Position numbers and translations under genes: made by a program. From positions 1,740,001-1,772,000 of the forward strand of contig NC_014972.1 of the NCBI RefSeq assembly GCF_000186885.1: a DNA stretch of 32,000 nt, read 5' to 3'. Shown here piece by piece: positions 1 to 8,727 of the stretch. Numbering within the stretch: position 1 is the stretch's first letter; each line of letters opens with the position of its first letter. The notes under the pieces are model-generated. The model searched no databases. It saw only the letters and a list, made by a program, of their open reading frames with translations, and was not told the DNA's origin. This stretch comes from Desulfobulbus propionicus DSM 2032. Lineage in GTDB: Bacteria > Desulfobacterota > Desulfobulbia > Desulfobulbales > Desulfobulbaceae.

Positions 1-243
1 GAAGTCTGTGACAACCGACTGTTGCTGGTCCTGGAAGGGGGCTATGATCTCGACAACGTGCGCAGCGGCAGTCTGGCGGTACTGAGCGAATTGCATGGCG
101 CTCCGTTGGCGGCGGAATATCCGGTGTATCTGCCTCCAGCGGACTTTGACCGGCTGCGCGCCTCCACAGCGGCCAGTGTTCATATAGATCGGGCGATTGA
201 GGAGGTCAGGTGCTGGTGGCCTCGCGGCCCGCTGTCTCTCTAG
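1..243 (+). CDS. Histone deacetylase family protein, C-terminal fragment (5' end outside window)
   Basis: Open frame continues upstream from the listed ORF start (EVCDNRL-LLVLEGGYDLDNVRSGSLAVL). LEGGYDL is the typical C-terminal HDAC-family motif. Confidence 0.75.
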   Translation, partial: EVCDNRLLLVLEGGYDLDNVRSGSLAVLSELHGAPLAAEYPVYLPPADFDRLRASTAASVHIDRAIEEVRCWWPRGPLSL

Positions 244-244
244 G

Positions 245-296
245 CAGAACCAGGCGGCCCGCATGGTCTCTGCGTGCCGCCTGGTTCTGTTTTTTC
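245..296 (+). terminator. Rho-independent terminator downstream of the HDAC-family gene
   Basis: CAGAACCAGGCGGC (245-258) pairs perfectly with GCCGCCTGGTTCTG (276-289), a 14-bp stem, followed by TTTTTTC. Confidence 0.93.
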
Positions 297-303
297 TACG
301 TGG

Positions 304-1995
304 TTATATTTTGAATTGATTGACAATTTCCTTGAGTTCGACCGCTAGATGCTGCAGGGAGCCTGCGCTGGTGCGAACCTTGTTGCTGTTGTCGGCGATC
401 TCGCTGGAGGCCTTGCCGACTCCGGCAATGTCACGGGACATCGAGGTGGCCACGGCCGAACTTTGGTTGACGTTTTCGTTGACTTCCTGCAAGCCCAGCG
501 ACGCCTGGGAAATATTGGAGGCAATTTCCTGGGTGGCCTTGGCCTGTTCGCCGACCGCCCGGGCAATGGTGGACACGATCTCGCTGACCCGGTTGATGAC
601 TGTGGTGATCGCGCTGATGTCGGTCACCGTTTCGGCGGTGGTCTGCTGCACACCGGCGATCTGTTCCTTGATGTTGAGGGTGGCCTCGGCGGTCTGCTTG
701 GCCAGTTCCTTGATCTCGTTGGCCACCACCGCGAATCCCTTGCCCGCTTCGCCGGCCCGAGCCGCCTCAATGGTGGCGTTCAGCGCCAGCAGGTTGGTCT
801 GCTCGGAGATTTCGGTGATCGTTTCGGTCACCTTGCCGATCGCCCGGGCCGCGTCGCCCAAGGCATCCATCCTGGTCGCTGTCCTGGCGGCTTGGCTGAC
901 GGCGTCCCCGGCAATCTGGTTGGCCTGCTCCACGTTCTCGGCGATGGCGCCGATGGTCGAGGTCATCTCCTCGGCGGCGCTGGCGACCATGGCAATATTG
1001 GTGGTTGATTGCTCCATGGCGGCCGCGACATTGTTGAGGTTGACGTTCATCTGCTCGGCGTCGGCGGCAACGTGCTCCGTCTGCCGGGAAGCGTCATTGG
1101 TTCCCTGGGCCAGACTGTCGGCAAACCCCAGGAGATCGGCGGACGAGCGGTCCAAGGCTTGGGTGTTGTGGCTGATTCTGCCGATGATGCCTTGCAGTTT
1201 CTCCATGAAGGTATTCAACCAGGTGGCCAGTTCGCCGATTTCATCCTGGGATCGCACCGTAAGCCGTTTGGTCAGATCGCCTTCGCCCTCGGCAATATCC
1301 TGCAAGCCGGCCACTGCCGCGTTGATCGGTTTGGCGATGACCATACCGAGCACGCCGGCCATGACCGCCGCCACCAGCGCCGCACTCAGCAAAATGACCA
1401 ACAGGCCGATAAGGGCTCTCTGGTAGATGCGCCGAGCATCCTGCTGCGCCTGTTCGGCGTTGCGCAGGCTGATTTCGGTCAACTTGTCCAGATTGCCGCG
1501 CATGTTTTCAAACAGTTCGCTGGCCTTTCCCAAGGACACTTCCAGAGCTTTCTGCCGGGCCTGAGGTTCCCCGGATCGGCTGCTGTCGACAATCTGGCGC
1601 GATACCGGTTCCCAGGCGGCTCGATCCCGATCGAATTGGGCGATCAGTCCCTTCTCTTCCTCCGAATCGACCAACGTCTTGAATTGATTGAACCGCTCAT
1701 CAACCTGCTGGAGATTTTTTTCATAGTCCTTGTGCAGGGTGGCAAAGATGGGAGCCTGCGGATCGGCGGCGATCATCGAACGCTCCGCCACCAGCAGCTG
1801 CTGTAAATCGCGGTCTGCTTCGATCAGTTTGTCGATACTGGGCAGGCTGACCGAGAATATTTCGTTGAGTTCCCTTTCGATGCGGGTCATGCCCTGATAG
1901 GCGACCCACCCAATGCCGGCCATGAACAGGAGAATCAGGGTGAAGGTGGCAATCAGCTTGTTGCGAATCTTCATGTGGGTAAAATTCATGGTCAT
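304..1995 (-). CDS. Methyl-accepting chemotaxis protein (4-helix-bundle-like sensor, two TM segments, HAMP, MCP signalling domain)
   Basis: 563 aa. N-terminal TM, periplasmic helical region, second TM ([23 protein letters not shown]), HAMP-like segment, and the signalling hairpin with [41 protein letters not shown]. Confidence 0.97.
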   Translation of the reverse strand: MTMNFTHMKIRNKLIATFTLILLFMAGIGWVAYQGMTRIERELNEIFSVSLPSIDKLIEADRDLQQLLVAERSMIAADPQAPIFATLHKDYEKNLQQVDERFNQFKTLVDSEEEKGLIAQFDRDRAAWEPVSRQIVDSSRSGEPQARQKALEVSLGKASELFENMRGNLDKLTEISLRNAEQAQQDARRIYQRALIGLLVILLSAALVAAVMAGVLGMVIAKPINAAVAGLQDIAEGEGDLTKRLTVRSQDEIGELATWLNTFMEKLQGIIGRISHNTQALDRSSADLLGFADSLAQGTNDASRQTEHVAADAEQMNVNLNNVAAAMEQSTTNIAMVASAAEEMTSTIGAIAENVEQANQIAGDAVSQAARTATRMDALGDAARAIGKVTETITEISEQTNLLALNATIEAARAGEAGKGFAVVANEIKELAKQTAEATLNIKEQIAGVQQTTAETVTDISAITTVINRVSEIVSTIARAVGEQAKATQEIASNISQASLGLQEVNENVNQSSAVATSMSRDIAGVGKASSEIADNSNKVRTSAGSLQHLAVELKEIVNQFKI

Positions 1996-2375
1996 CCCCT
2001 CTTGTTGATTGAGATTGATCGGGTCGGTTGCCCGGCGCGGTGCGGCAGCGGCTGCAGAAATCGCAACAGGGCCGGATGTTCCCTGGTCAGCTCCATTCTG
2101 GCCAATACACTGTAAGCCGGTGCATGGGGCCGTTCAGTTGCGGGCGGCGCTGCGGCTACGGACATTTTTTTCATTATAGGGGATGCCCGCGATTCTTCAA
2201 ATTATTGTCAGGGTGTTGGGAAAAAATCCGTGGGACGATGCTGACCGGGCCATCTTGGGTCCGTTTGTGTGCCTGTTCAAGGGGGGCAAGGGCTCATTGC
2301 GTCAAGTCATGGCGTGGCCTGCAGGAGGGATGCGCGGTGCGTGTTTGTTCACCCGCCGCCAGGTTGAGATATTTT

Positions 2376-2405
2376 TTGACTTTATCGAAAATTACTCTGT
2401 ACAAT
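2376..2405 (+). promoter_or_regulatory. Candidate sigma70-type promoter for the PilZ gene
   Basis: TTGACT (2376-2381), 18-nt spacer, TACAAT (2400-2405), in an AT-rich stretch about 60 nt upstream of the ATG at 2464. Confidence 0.55.
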
Positions 2406-2463
2406 AGCGGTATTAACGCGGGAAACTGCTTGGCGCTTGGTGGTTTAATAACGTGCTTCTGCT

Positions 2464-3180
2464 ATGACAAATTTAAATTTAAAAGTAAAAGCGACAGCCA
2501 ATATCAAGAAAAATAGGTTGGTTGTGACTGTGCAAGGGAATGTCGACCAAAAATCATTGGAGAAGTTATACACAGAGATACGATTTTGTGTTGCCGATTT
2601 GAAGCCTGGGTTTGAAGTGATTAGTGATATTTCTCAGTGCAATTTGATTTATATCAGCGGTCTCCCTGTCTATAAAAAAATTATAGATTATCTTGTCGAT
2701 AATAAGGTCGGCGAAATAGTCAGAATAATCAAGAATGATAATGTAAGCTTTAAACAAATAGTCAATTTTTCAGAAAAAATCCAATGTTACCGTACACTGT
2801 ACGCCGAAGATCAGCAGGAGGCCGAACACAAACTGAATACCTTGATCAGAAGGGATGGCATCCGTTTTACCCTGAACAGCCTCGTTCTTGCCTATACAGC
2901 CGACGAGCGCCTTGGAACAGGCGAGCTGGTGGACATCTCGACCAGCGGTTGTTCGGTCAAGGCGCCAACCGTACCGGTGGCCGTTGGCGGGGTCATCGAG
3001 ATGACCATCCGTTTTGAACAGCACCAGACCCTTGTCTCCGTTTTCCAGGCAAAGGCCCAGATTGTCCGCGCGGATACCGAGGGATTCGCGGCCCAATTCA
3101 TGGATGTTGACGATACGCGAAAGGAAGCCTTGTACAATCGGTTGGCGCACGAATTCCACCAAATTTCCTTTGTGTTGTAA
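2464..3180 (+). CDS. PilZ domain protein with an N-terminal STAS-like domain
   Basis: 238 aa. C-terminal half has the PilZ-like ELVDISTSGCSVKAP...AQIVRADTEGFAAQFMD. The N-terminal half (LVVTVQGNVDQKSLEKLYTEI...VISDISQCNLIYISGLPVYKKIIDYL) resembles a STAS-like alpha/beta module. Confidence 0.75.
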   Translation: MTNLNLKVKATANIKKNRLVVTVQGNVDQKSLEKLYTEIRFCVADLKPGFEVISDISQCNLIYISGLPVYKKIIDYLVDNKVGEIVRIIKNDNVSFKQIVNFSEKIQCYRTLYAEDQQEAEHKLNTLIRRDGIRFTLNSLVLAYTADERLGTGELVDISTSGCSVKAPTVPVAVGGVIEMTIRFEQHQTLVSVFQAKAQIVRADTEGFAAQFMDVDDTRKEALYNRLAHEFHQISFVL

Positions 3181-3334
3181 GCGCCGGGGCAGCGCGAATG
3201 GAGGAGGTGTTGCCTTGTTTCACCCGGAAGCCTCTGGTGGCGAGACGCGCACGCGCCAACCGGCAAGGGGCGGGGCAGCGAAAGAGAACGGTCCCCTCCG
3301 TTGCCCCGAAGAGAGCTTGTCTACAACCTGGCTG

Positions 3335-6043
3335 TTACCGCCGTGTTCCCCCCGGTGTCGTTTTTGGTGTGCCAGACTGGGACTGTGTCTGGCCCAGCGC
3401 GGTCCGACAGGGGTCATCGTCGGCTGTGACCTTGTCGACCAGCATCTCGCCCAATGTCGACAGGCCGCCGGTGGCCATGCCGGCGCCAACCGAGGCCGCG
3501 GTTTTCATGGTGCCGAGGGCATCGATCCCCATGCCGGGCTTGGCCAGGGTTCCGCTGACCCGCACCAAGCCCGCCAGCGGCGCGGATACCGAGATGCCCA
3601 CTCCGCCACGGGGACGGGGTTTGAATCCCAAGTCAAGTCGCTCGGTACGCAGGTCGATGGTGCCGGAGCCGACCATGTCCATCTGTGATGTGCGCATGGC
3701 GATCCCTTTGTCGAAGGTGGCGATCCCGTCACGCAGGACGAACCGGACGGCAGCACATTCAATCTGGGTGGTGTTTTCGCTTTTGACGAAGGGATTGAGG
3801 GCGCCCAGCACCTGAAAGAGCAGATCGCCGCCCGCCCAATCCACCGCTTTGTTGCGCATTTGTCCCTTGCCGACGCTGAGGCGTGTTTCTCCCGAGGATG
3901 AAGCCATCAGGCTGCGCACCGAGTCGCCGCTGCCCTTGAAATTGACGTTTAAATCGCTTTTGCAGCCGCTGATCGGGCTGTTGGCGGCCAGTTGTCCTAC
4001 TTCGAACCGGCGGCCGTTGAGTTGCAGGGACAGGGCCGGTGTCTTGCCAGCGGCGTTGAGGCTGGCCTCGCCCTCGAAGGTTCCGCCGGCCAGGGCGAAA
4101 CGCAGGGGCTTGACGGCCAGGCGGCCGCCGTTCAGCTGCAGGGTGAGTCGCACATCACGAATCTGCTGGGTGTCGAGCTGCAGTTTACCCACCTGCAGGG
4201 CCAGATCCGCATCCACTGACCGCAGGGCATCGACTGGCAGCGGATCGGCGGGAAATAGACGACCGTCGCCTTTCTTGGCTTGGCTGCTTTTCCCCTTGGT
4301 CTTGGCGGTTGCCTTGGTCGCCGAGGCGGCCTGGGGCGGCGAAAAATCGGCGGGATTGATGGCGGCGGCGTTCAGTTTGCCGGTCACCTTGGTTCGCTTG
4401 GCCAACTGGACCGCCACCTCCCCCGCCAGATCGCTGGTGCCGAGCGAGGATTTGAGATTGCTCACCTTCCAGGTTGTGTCGCCGCCGCTGACCTTGCCGG
4501 CAAGTTGCAACGGTCCCTTGAGGGCAAGATCGCTGCCGCCGATCTTTGCCAAGGTTGTGGGATTGTCACTGGTCAGATTCACGGTCAGATCCACGCCCAG
4601 GGCCCCGGTCAAGTCCTTGATCGCGCCCTTGGCATCGACCACCAGCAGTTCGCGCCTGCCCGCCTGGACGTTGACATCGGCCAGGTTGAAGCGGCCGTCC
4701 GGATTGCCCAGCCGGGCGGCCACGGTAAACGGTCCCAGTGTCTTTGGCAGTTCGGGTTTGCTCACCCCGGCCAGGCGCACCACCTCACCCAGTTCCTTTC
4801 CCTGGGCATTCAGCTTGAGGTCGAGTCCTCGCAGGGTCGCCAATTCGGCGATACCGCCCTGAGCGGTCACCTCCAGATCCTGAAGGGTCGCCTTGAAGTC
4901 GTTGATGTTCAGGGTGGTGGGATTGCCGTTCATCCGGGCGATCACGGTCAGCGGCCCCTTGAGGGCCATGTCCTTGCCGCCGATTTTGGCCAGGGCCGCC
5001 GGGTTGTCGCTGGTCAGGTTGACGGCCAGTTCCGCCGCCAGGGCGCCGGCCAGATCCTTGATGCCACCCTTGGCCTCGACCAGCAGCAATTCGCGCCTAC
5101 CCGCCTGCAAATCGAGATCGCTGAGATTGAACCGTCCTCCCGCATTGTCGACACGGGCGGTCACGGTAAAGGGGCCAAGCGTTTGCGGCAGTTCGGGGAG
5201 GCTCACTCCGGCCGCGCGGAGGACCTCGCCCAGTTCCTCGCCTTGGGCGGTCAGTTTGAAGTTGAGTCCTTGGAGAGCCGCCAGCTTGTCGATCCGGCCT
5301 TCCACATTCAGGGCGATCGCCTTGGCAGCAGCCTTGAGCTTCAGGGGCCAGGGAGCGCCGCTTAGGATGGCGTTGATGTCGCCCATGGTGCCGGCGAGAT
5401 CGATCTTCTGCTCGCGTGCCGTGGTCAGCAGCTGCAACGCCAGCAGGGCGGGATCGGCGGTGTCCGGCTTGAGGGTCAGCTCGTGGATGCGCACGGTTTC
5501 AGTGGTTTTGGCTGTCCGATCGTGGAGGGCGATGACCCCGTTGCTGATTTTGACCTCCCGAAGGGTAACCGAAAATGAAGCGCCCGCCCCCTCTTGCTGC
5601 TCGGTGGCGGCTGGAGGCGCGGGCCGGCCTTGTTGGTCAGGGGGGCTGAAATCTAGGTTGCCCGGACCCTTGGCCTCGGTTTCGATGACAATGTCCGGAG
5701 CGTTGAGGAGCAGCCGGTTGATGACGATTTGCCGATTGAGCAAGGGCCGCAGGGCCATTTCGAACTCAAACCGTTCCATCTTGACCATTTCGGGCCGGGT
5801 CGAACCGGGCGGATTGGAAAGGGTGATTCCCGAAGCCACCACGCTCGGCTCCAGACCCAGGCGAATCTCCAACGGTCCGGCGATGGTCAGGGCCCGGCCG
5901 GTGGCGCTTTGCACCTGCGCGGTCAGCATCTTTTTGATGCGGTCGGGGCTGACGGATTTGACGGCGATCACCATGCCCGCCACCACCACGGCCAGCACGG
6001 CTATCGCCACTGCGCCAATTTTTACAATTGATCGAACACGCAT
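3335..6043 (-). CDS. AsmA family protein
   Basis: Start moved from the listed 6196 to the ATG at 6041-6043 (MRVRSIVKIGAVAIAVLAVVVAGMVIAVKSVSPDRIKKML), which has an AAGGAGGA ribosome-binding site just upstream. N-terminal TM and AsmA-type LTIAGPLEIRLGLEPSVVASGITLSN. Confidence 0.9.
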   Translation of the reverse strand: MRVRSIVKIGAVAIAVLAVVVAGMVIAVKSVSPDRIKKMLTAQVQSATGRALTIAGPLEIRLGLEPSVVASGITLSNPPGSTRPEMVKMERFEFEMALRPLLNRQIVINRLLLNAPDIVIETEAKGPGNLDFSPPDQQGRPAPPAATEQQEGAGASFSVTLREVKISNGVIALHDRTAKTTETVRIHELTLKPDTADPALLALQLLTTAREQKIDLAGTMGDINAILSGAPWPLKLKAAAKAIALNVEGRIDKLAALQGLNFKLTAQGEELGEVLRAAGVSLPELPQTLGPFTVTARVDNAGGRFNLSDLDLQAGRRELLLVEAKGGIKDLAGALAAELAVNLTSDNPAALAKIGGKDMALKGPLTVIARMNGNPTTLNINDFKATLQDLEVTAQGGIAELATLRGLDLKLNAQGKELGEVVRLAGVSKPELPKTLGPFTVAARLGNPDGRFNLADVNVQAGRRELLVVDAKGAIKDLTGALGVDLTVNLTSDNPTTLAKIGGSDLALKGPLQLAGKVSGGDTTWKVSNLKSSLGTSDLAGEVAVQLAKRTKVTGKLNAAAINPADFSPPQAASATKATAKTKGKSSQAKKGDGRLFPADPLPVDALRSVDADLALQVGKLQLDTQQIRDVRLTLQLNGGRLAVKPLRFALAGGTFEGEASLNAAGKTPALSLQLNGRRFEVGQLAANSPISGCKSDLNVNFKGSGDSVRSLMASSSGETRLSVGKGQMRNKAVDWAGGDLLFQVLGALNPFVKSENTTQIECAAVRFVLRDGIATFDKGIAMRTSQMDMVGSGTIDLRTERLDLGFKPRPRGGVGISVSAPLAGLVRVSGTLAKPGMGIDALGTMKTAASVGAGMATGGLSTLGEMLVDKVTADDDPCRTALGQTQSQSGTPKTTPGGTRR
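4508..5266 (-). repeat. Internal tandem domain repeat within the AsmA-family gene (period 441 nt / 147 aa)
   Basis: LNFKLTAQGEELGEVLRAAGVSLPELPQTLGPFTVTAR...KDMALKGPL (5266 to 4949) is repeated as LDLKLNAQGKELGEVVRLAGVSKPELPKTLGPFTVAAR...SDLALKGPL (4825 to 4508). Confidence 0.85.
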
Positions 6044-6343
6044 ACCTTGTTCCTCCTTCGGCAAGAGGTGGAGGCCACCTCCCGGTTTGAATGCCAGGGG
6101 CAAGAGGACGCCGGCCGAGAACAGTCGTCCATGCGTCGGGCCGCCTGATTGGGGGTACGAGTCGAATGAGCCATTCGGGCGCTGGAACAACGGCAAAAGC
6201 CGTCATTCCGTCCACCACAAACGGTGCGGATGCCGTTTTTCACTTGTTGCTTGGTAATTAAATGAATAATAACAATTTGATAATCTTTAAAGTTATTTTT
6301 CGGTAAACATTGCCGCCCCGGCGGCCAACGCCAAGGAGCCTCC

Positions 6344-7000
6344 ATGCCTCCGGTGATCGCGTTTATTGGCTGGCACAATTCAGGAAAGACCACCCTGACT
6401 CGACAGGTGGTCGCCCACCTCAAGGCCAAGGGCCATGCGGTCGGGGTCATCAAATCGACCAAGGAATGCGGGATCGCCTTTGATCGTCCCGGCACCGACA
6501 CGGCCCTGTACAAACAAGCGGGTGCCGACGGGGTGGCCCTGCTGGCCCCGGATCAGTTGATCCTCCAGGGCAGCCCTCCCGACGGTGACCTGCGGATCTT
6601 GGCCGGCGCTCTCTTCCCTGATGTCAGCATCGTCGTGGCCGAAGGATTCAAGCATGCCGCCCAGGTACCGAAGATCGAGGTCAGACGGGACAAGGACTCG
6701 CCGCTGTTGCGCGAGCTGGTCGAGGGGGTGGTTGCCGTGGCCACCGACCTGCCATTGATTGAGGGGCTGTGCTTTGGCCTGGATCAAAGCGACGCGATCG
6801 CCGATTTCATCGAATCGACCCTTCTCCGCGGCCGGGCGGCGACCGAGGAGCGGCTGACCCTTTCCTTAAACGACAGGGATCTGCCCGTGCCGGAACCGGT
6901 GCGGCAACGGCTGGAGGCGCTAATTGAGCCGTTTCTTCCTCCCGGCGGTCGCGCAACCCTTGCCTGGCACGGGCCATGCCCTCCACCTTCCCAGGAGTAG
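6344..7000 (+). CDS. mobB: Molybdopterin-guanine dinucleotide biosynthesis protein B
   Basis: 218 aa with P-loop FIGWHNSGKTTLTRQVVAHLKAKGHAVGVIKST. RBS AAGGAG upstream of the ATG. Confidence 0.88.
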   Translation: MPPVIAFIGWHNSGKTTLTRQVVAHLKAKGHAVGVIKSTKECGIAFDRPGTDTALYKQAGADGVALLAPDQLILQGSPPDGDLRILAGALFPDVSIVVAEGFKHAAQVPKIEVRRDKDSPLLRELVEGVVAVATDLPLIEGLCFGLDQSDAIADFIESTLLRGRAATEERLTLSLNDRDLPVPEPVRQRLEALIEPFLPPGGRATLAWHGPCPPPSQE

Positions 7001-7003
7001 CCC

Positions 7004-8065
7004 ATGGCGGAAACCCTCAATGTTCCTTCGGAAAAGGCTGGCTTGCCTCCTGGCAGCCTAGTGCATGTCGGCAGGTCGCCAGCCGTCGCGGGGCGTGTCG
7101 TTTTGATCAGTTTCAGCGAAGAGCATTTTATCGAGCAGCAGGTGGCAAGCCTCGACGACATTCTTGCTCACCGCCAGCCCGGCGCCACCCTCTGGGTGCA
7201 CTGTGAAGGCCTGGACATTGTCGAACTGCTTGAGGCCATAGGCCTGCATCTCTCGGTCCATCCATTGGTCCTGGAGGATATTCTCAACACTCACCAGCGG
7301 CCCAAGTTCGAGGAGTATGAAGACTATCTCTTCCTGGTCATGAAAACCCTGCGCGGCGATTCATCGCTCACAGTCGGTCACGAACAGATATCCCTGCTTC
7401 TGTTCGCCGACATGCTCTTTACCTTCAGGGAAAATGCGGACGATTTGTTCGGCAATCTCAGGCAGCGGCTGGCCCACCCCAAGGGACGAATCCGTTCCCG
7501 GGGCGCTGATTATCTGGCCTATGTGGTCATGGATGCGGTGGTAGACAACTATTTTGCCCTGTCGGACACCGTGGAAGAGGCCATCGAACGCGCGGAAATC
7601 ACCTTGCTCGACCGGCCGCAGTCCACAACCTTTGTCTTCATTCAACGGCTGAAACGCGAACTGGTGTTCGTCCGCAAGGCCATCACCCCGCTGCGCGAGG
7701 TCCTGCTGGCCATCCAGCGCAGCGAAAATCCCCTGATCCACGAAAAAACCCAGCTCTATTTCCGAGACGTCTTTGATCACACTCTCCGGGTGATCGATAC
7801 CATGGATTCCCACCGCGATCTGATCAACGGCATGCTCGATATCTATCTCTCCAGCGTCAGCAATCGGATGAACGAGATCATGAAGGTGCTGACCGTGTTT
7901 GCCACCATCTTCATCCCCCTGACCTTTCTCGTCGGGATCTACGGCATGAATTTCGACCACATGCCTGAGCTGCACTGGAAATGGTCCTATCCTGTTCTCT
8001 GGGGTTTGTTTTTTCTTATCCCCGCTGTGCTGCTGGCCGTGTTCAGAAAGAAAAAGTGGTTGTAA
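7004..8065 (+). CDS. corA: CorA family magnesium/cobalt transporter
   Basis: 353 aa. C-terminal two TM helices with YGMNFDHMPEL (GMN motif), and MKVLTVFATIFIPLTFLVGIYGMNF. Confidence 0.95.
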   Translation: MAETLNVPSEKAGLPPGSLVHVGRSPAVAGRVVLISFSEEHFIEQQVASLDDILAHRQPGATLWVHCEGLDIVELLEAIGLHLSVHPLVLEDILNTHQRPKFEEYEDYLFLVMKTLRGDSSLTVGHEQISLLLFADMLFTFRENADDLFGNLRQRLAHPKGRIRSRGADYLAYVVMDAVVDNYFALSDTVEEAIERAEITLLDRPQSTTFVFIQRLKRELVFVRKAITPLREVLLAIQRSENPLIHEKTQLYFRDVFDHTLRVIDTMDSHRDLINGMLDIYLSSVSNRMNEIMKVLTVFATIFIPLTFLVGIYGMNFDHMPELHWKWSYPVLWGLFFLIPAVLLAVFRKKKWL

Positions 8066-8286
8066 CCCGCAAGGAGCCGGACGCAGTGGCGTGGCTTTAT
8101 CGAGGGGTCACGGTGAGGCCGTCCGGGAGATGACGGCCAAAAGGGGAGAAGCGGGGGCCTGCAAGGGGCTCCCGGTGTGTCGAGAAATGTCCGGCCGGAG
8201 CACTGACCGTCTTTCACCCCATTGGGAAAAGACGATCGCGCCCCGGGTGTGTGGGCGGAAGGATGAGGTGCGGAAGCGCCGAGCCG

Positions 8287-8679
8287 TTACTCCAGCGTCT
8301 TTTGTTCGCCACCGAGCAGATTCAGCACCTTGTTCACCCGGAAGCGAACCAGGAATTTTTTCTCCTGTTCGCCTTCGTCCGGCCGCTTGGGCCGTCGGCT
8401 CATGGAGCGGATGAGTTCCTGATCGGTGTTTTCGTCGAGAAAACTCATGTAGAGCCGCAGCCCCTGGTAGGCATGCCCCTCCTCGAGGAAGAGATAGCAA
8501 GCCTGTTGGTTTTCCATCAGATTGGCGTGGCTGCGCCGATCCAGCATGATGAAGGCGACCTCGTCCTTGCCCAGGACGTGCGGCCTGGAGTAAATGGCCG
8601 TGTTCACTTCACCCTTGCCGTCACAGGTGGCCATGACCCCTGTGCCTTTGGTGGTGGCGAAATACTGTTCGAGTTTCAT
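8287..8679 (-). CDS. Pyridoxamine 5'-phosphate oxidase family (FMN-binding split-barrel) protein
   Basis: 130 aa. GTGVMATCDGKGEVNTAIYSRPHVLGKDEVAFIMLDRRSHANLMENQQACYLF is typical of the family. Confidence 0.75.
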   Translation of the reverse strand: MKLEQYFATTKGTGVMATCDGKGEVNTAIYSRPHVLGKDEVAFIMLDRRSHANLMENQQACYLFLEEGHAYQGLRLYMSFLDENTDQELIRSMSRRPKRPDEGEQEKKFLVRFRVNKVLNLLGGEQKTLE

Positions 8680-8727
8680 GCGGTTTTTCCTTGTTGACCG
8701 TTGATGGGAAGGGGAACCGTTTCCGGG

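Noticed and set aside
320-1806. Long plus-strand ORFs (320..1426, 349..1008, 1009..1806) over the chemotaxis gene
   Set aside because: The minus-strand MCP is unambiguous. These are shadow frames of repetitive helical coding sequence.
1992-2174. 60-aa ORF overlapping the MCP start codon by 4 nt
   Set aside because: The overlap suggested a small upstream operon gene, but there is no clear RBS or recognisable domain and the residue content looks random.
3271-3308. Imperfect 10-bp hairpin CGGGGCAGCG/CGTTGCCCCG between convergent PilZ and AsmA genes as a terminator
   Set aside because: No T-tract on either strand and one wobble pair. Not enough support to call it a terminator.
3849-6257. Plus-strand ORFs 3849..4862 and 4893..6257 opposite the AsmA-family gene
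   Set aside because: Arg/Ser/Ala/Pro-rich translations without motifs. The minus strand has a TM, an AsmA-type motif and a strong RBS.
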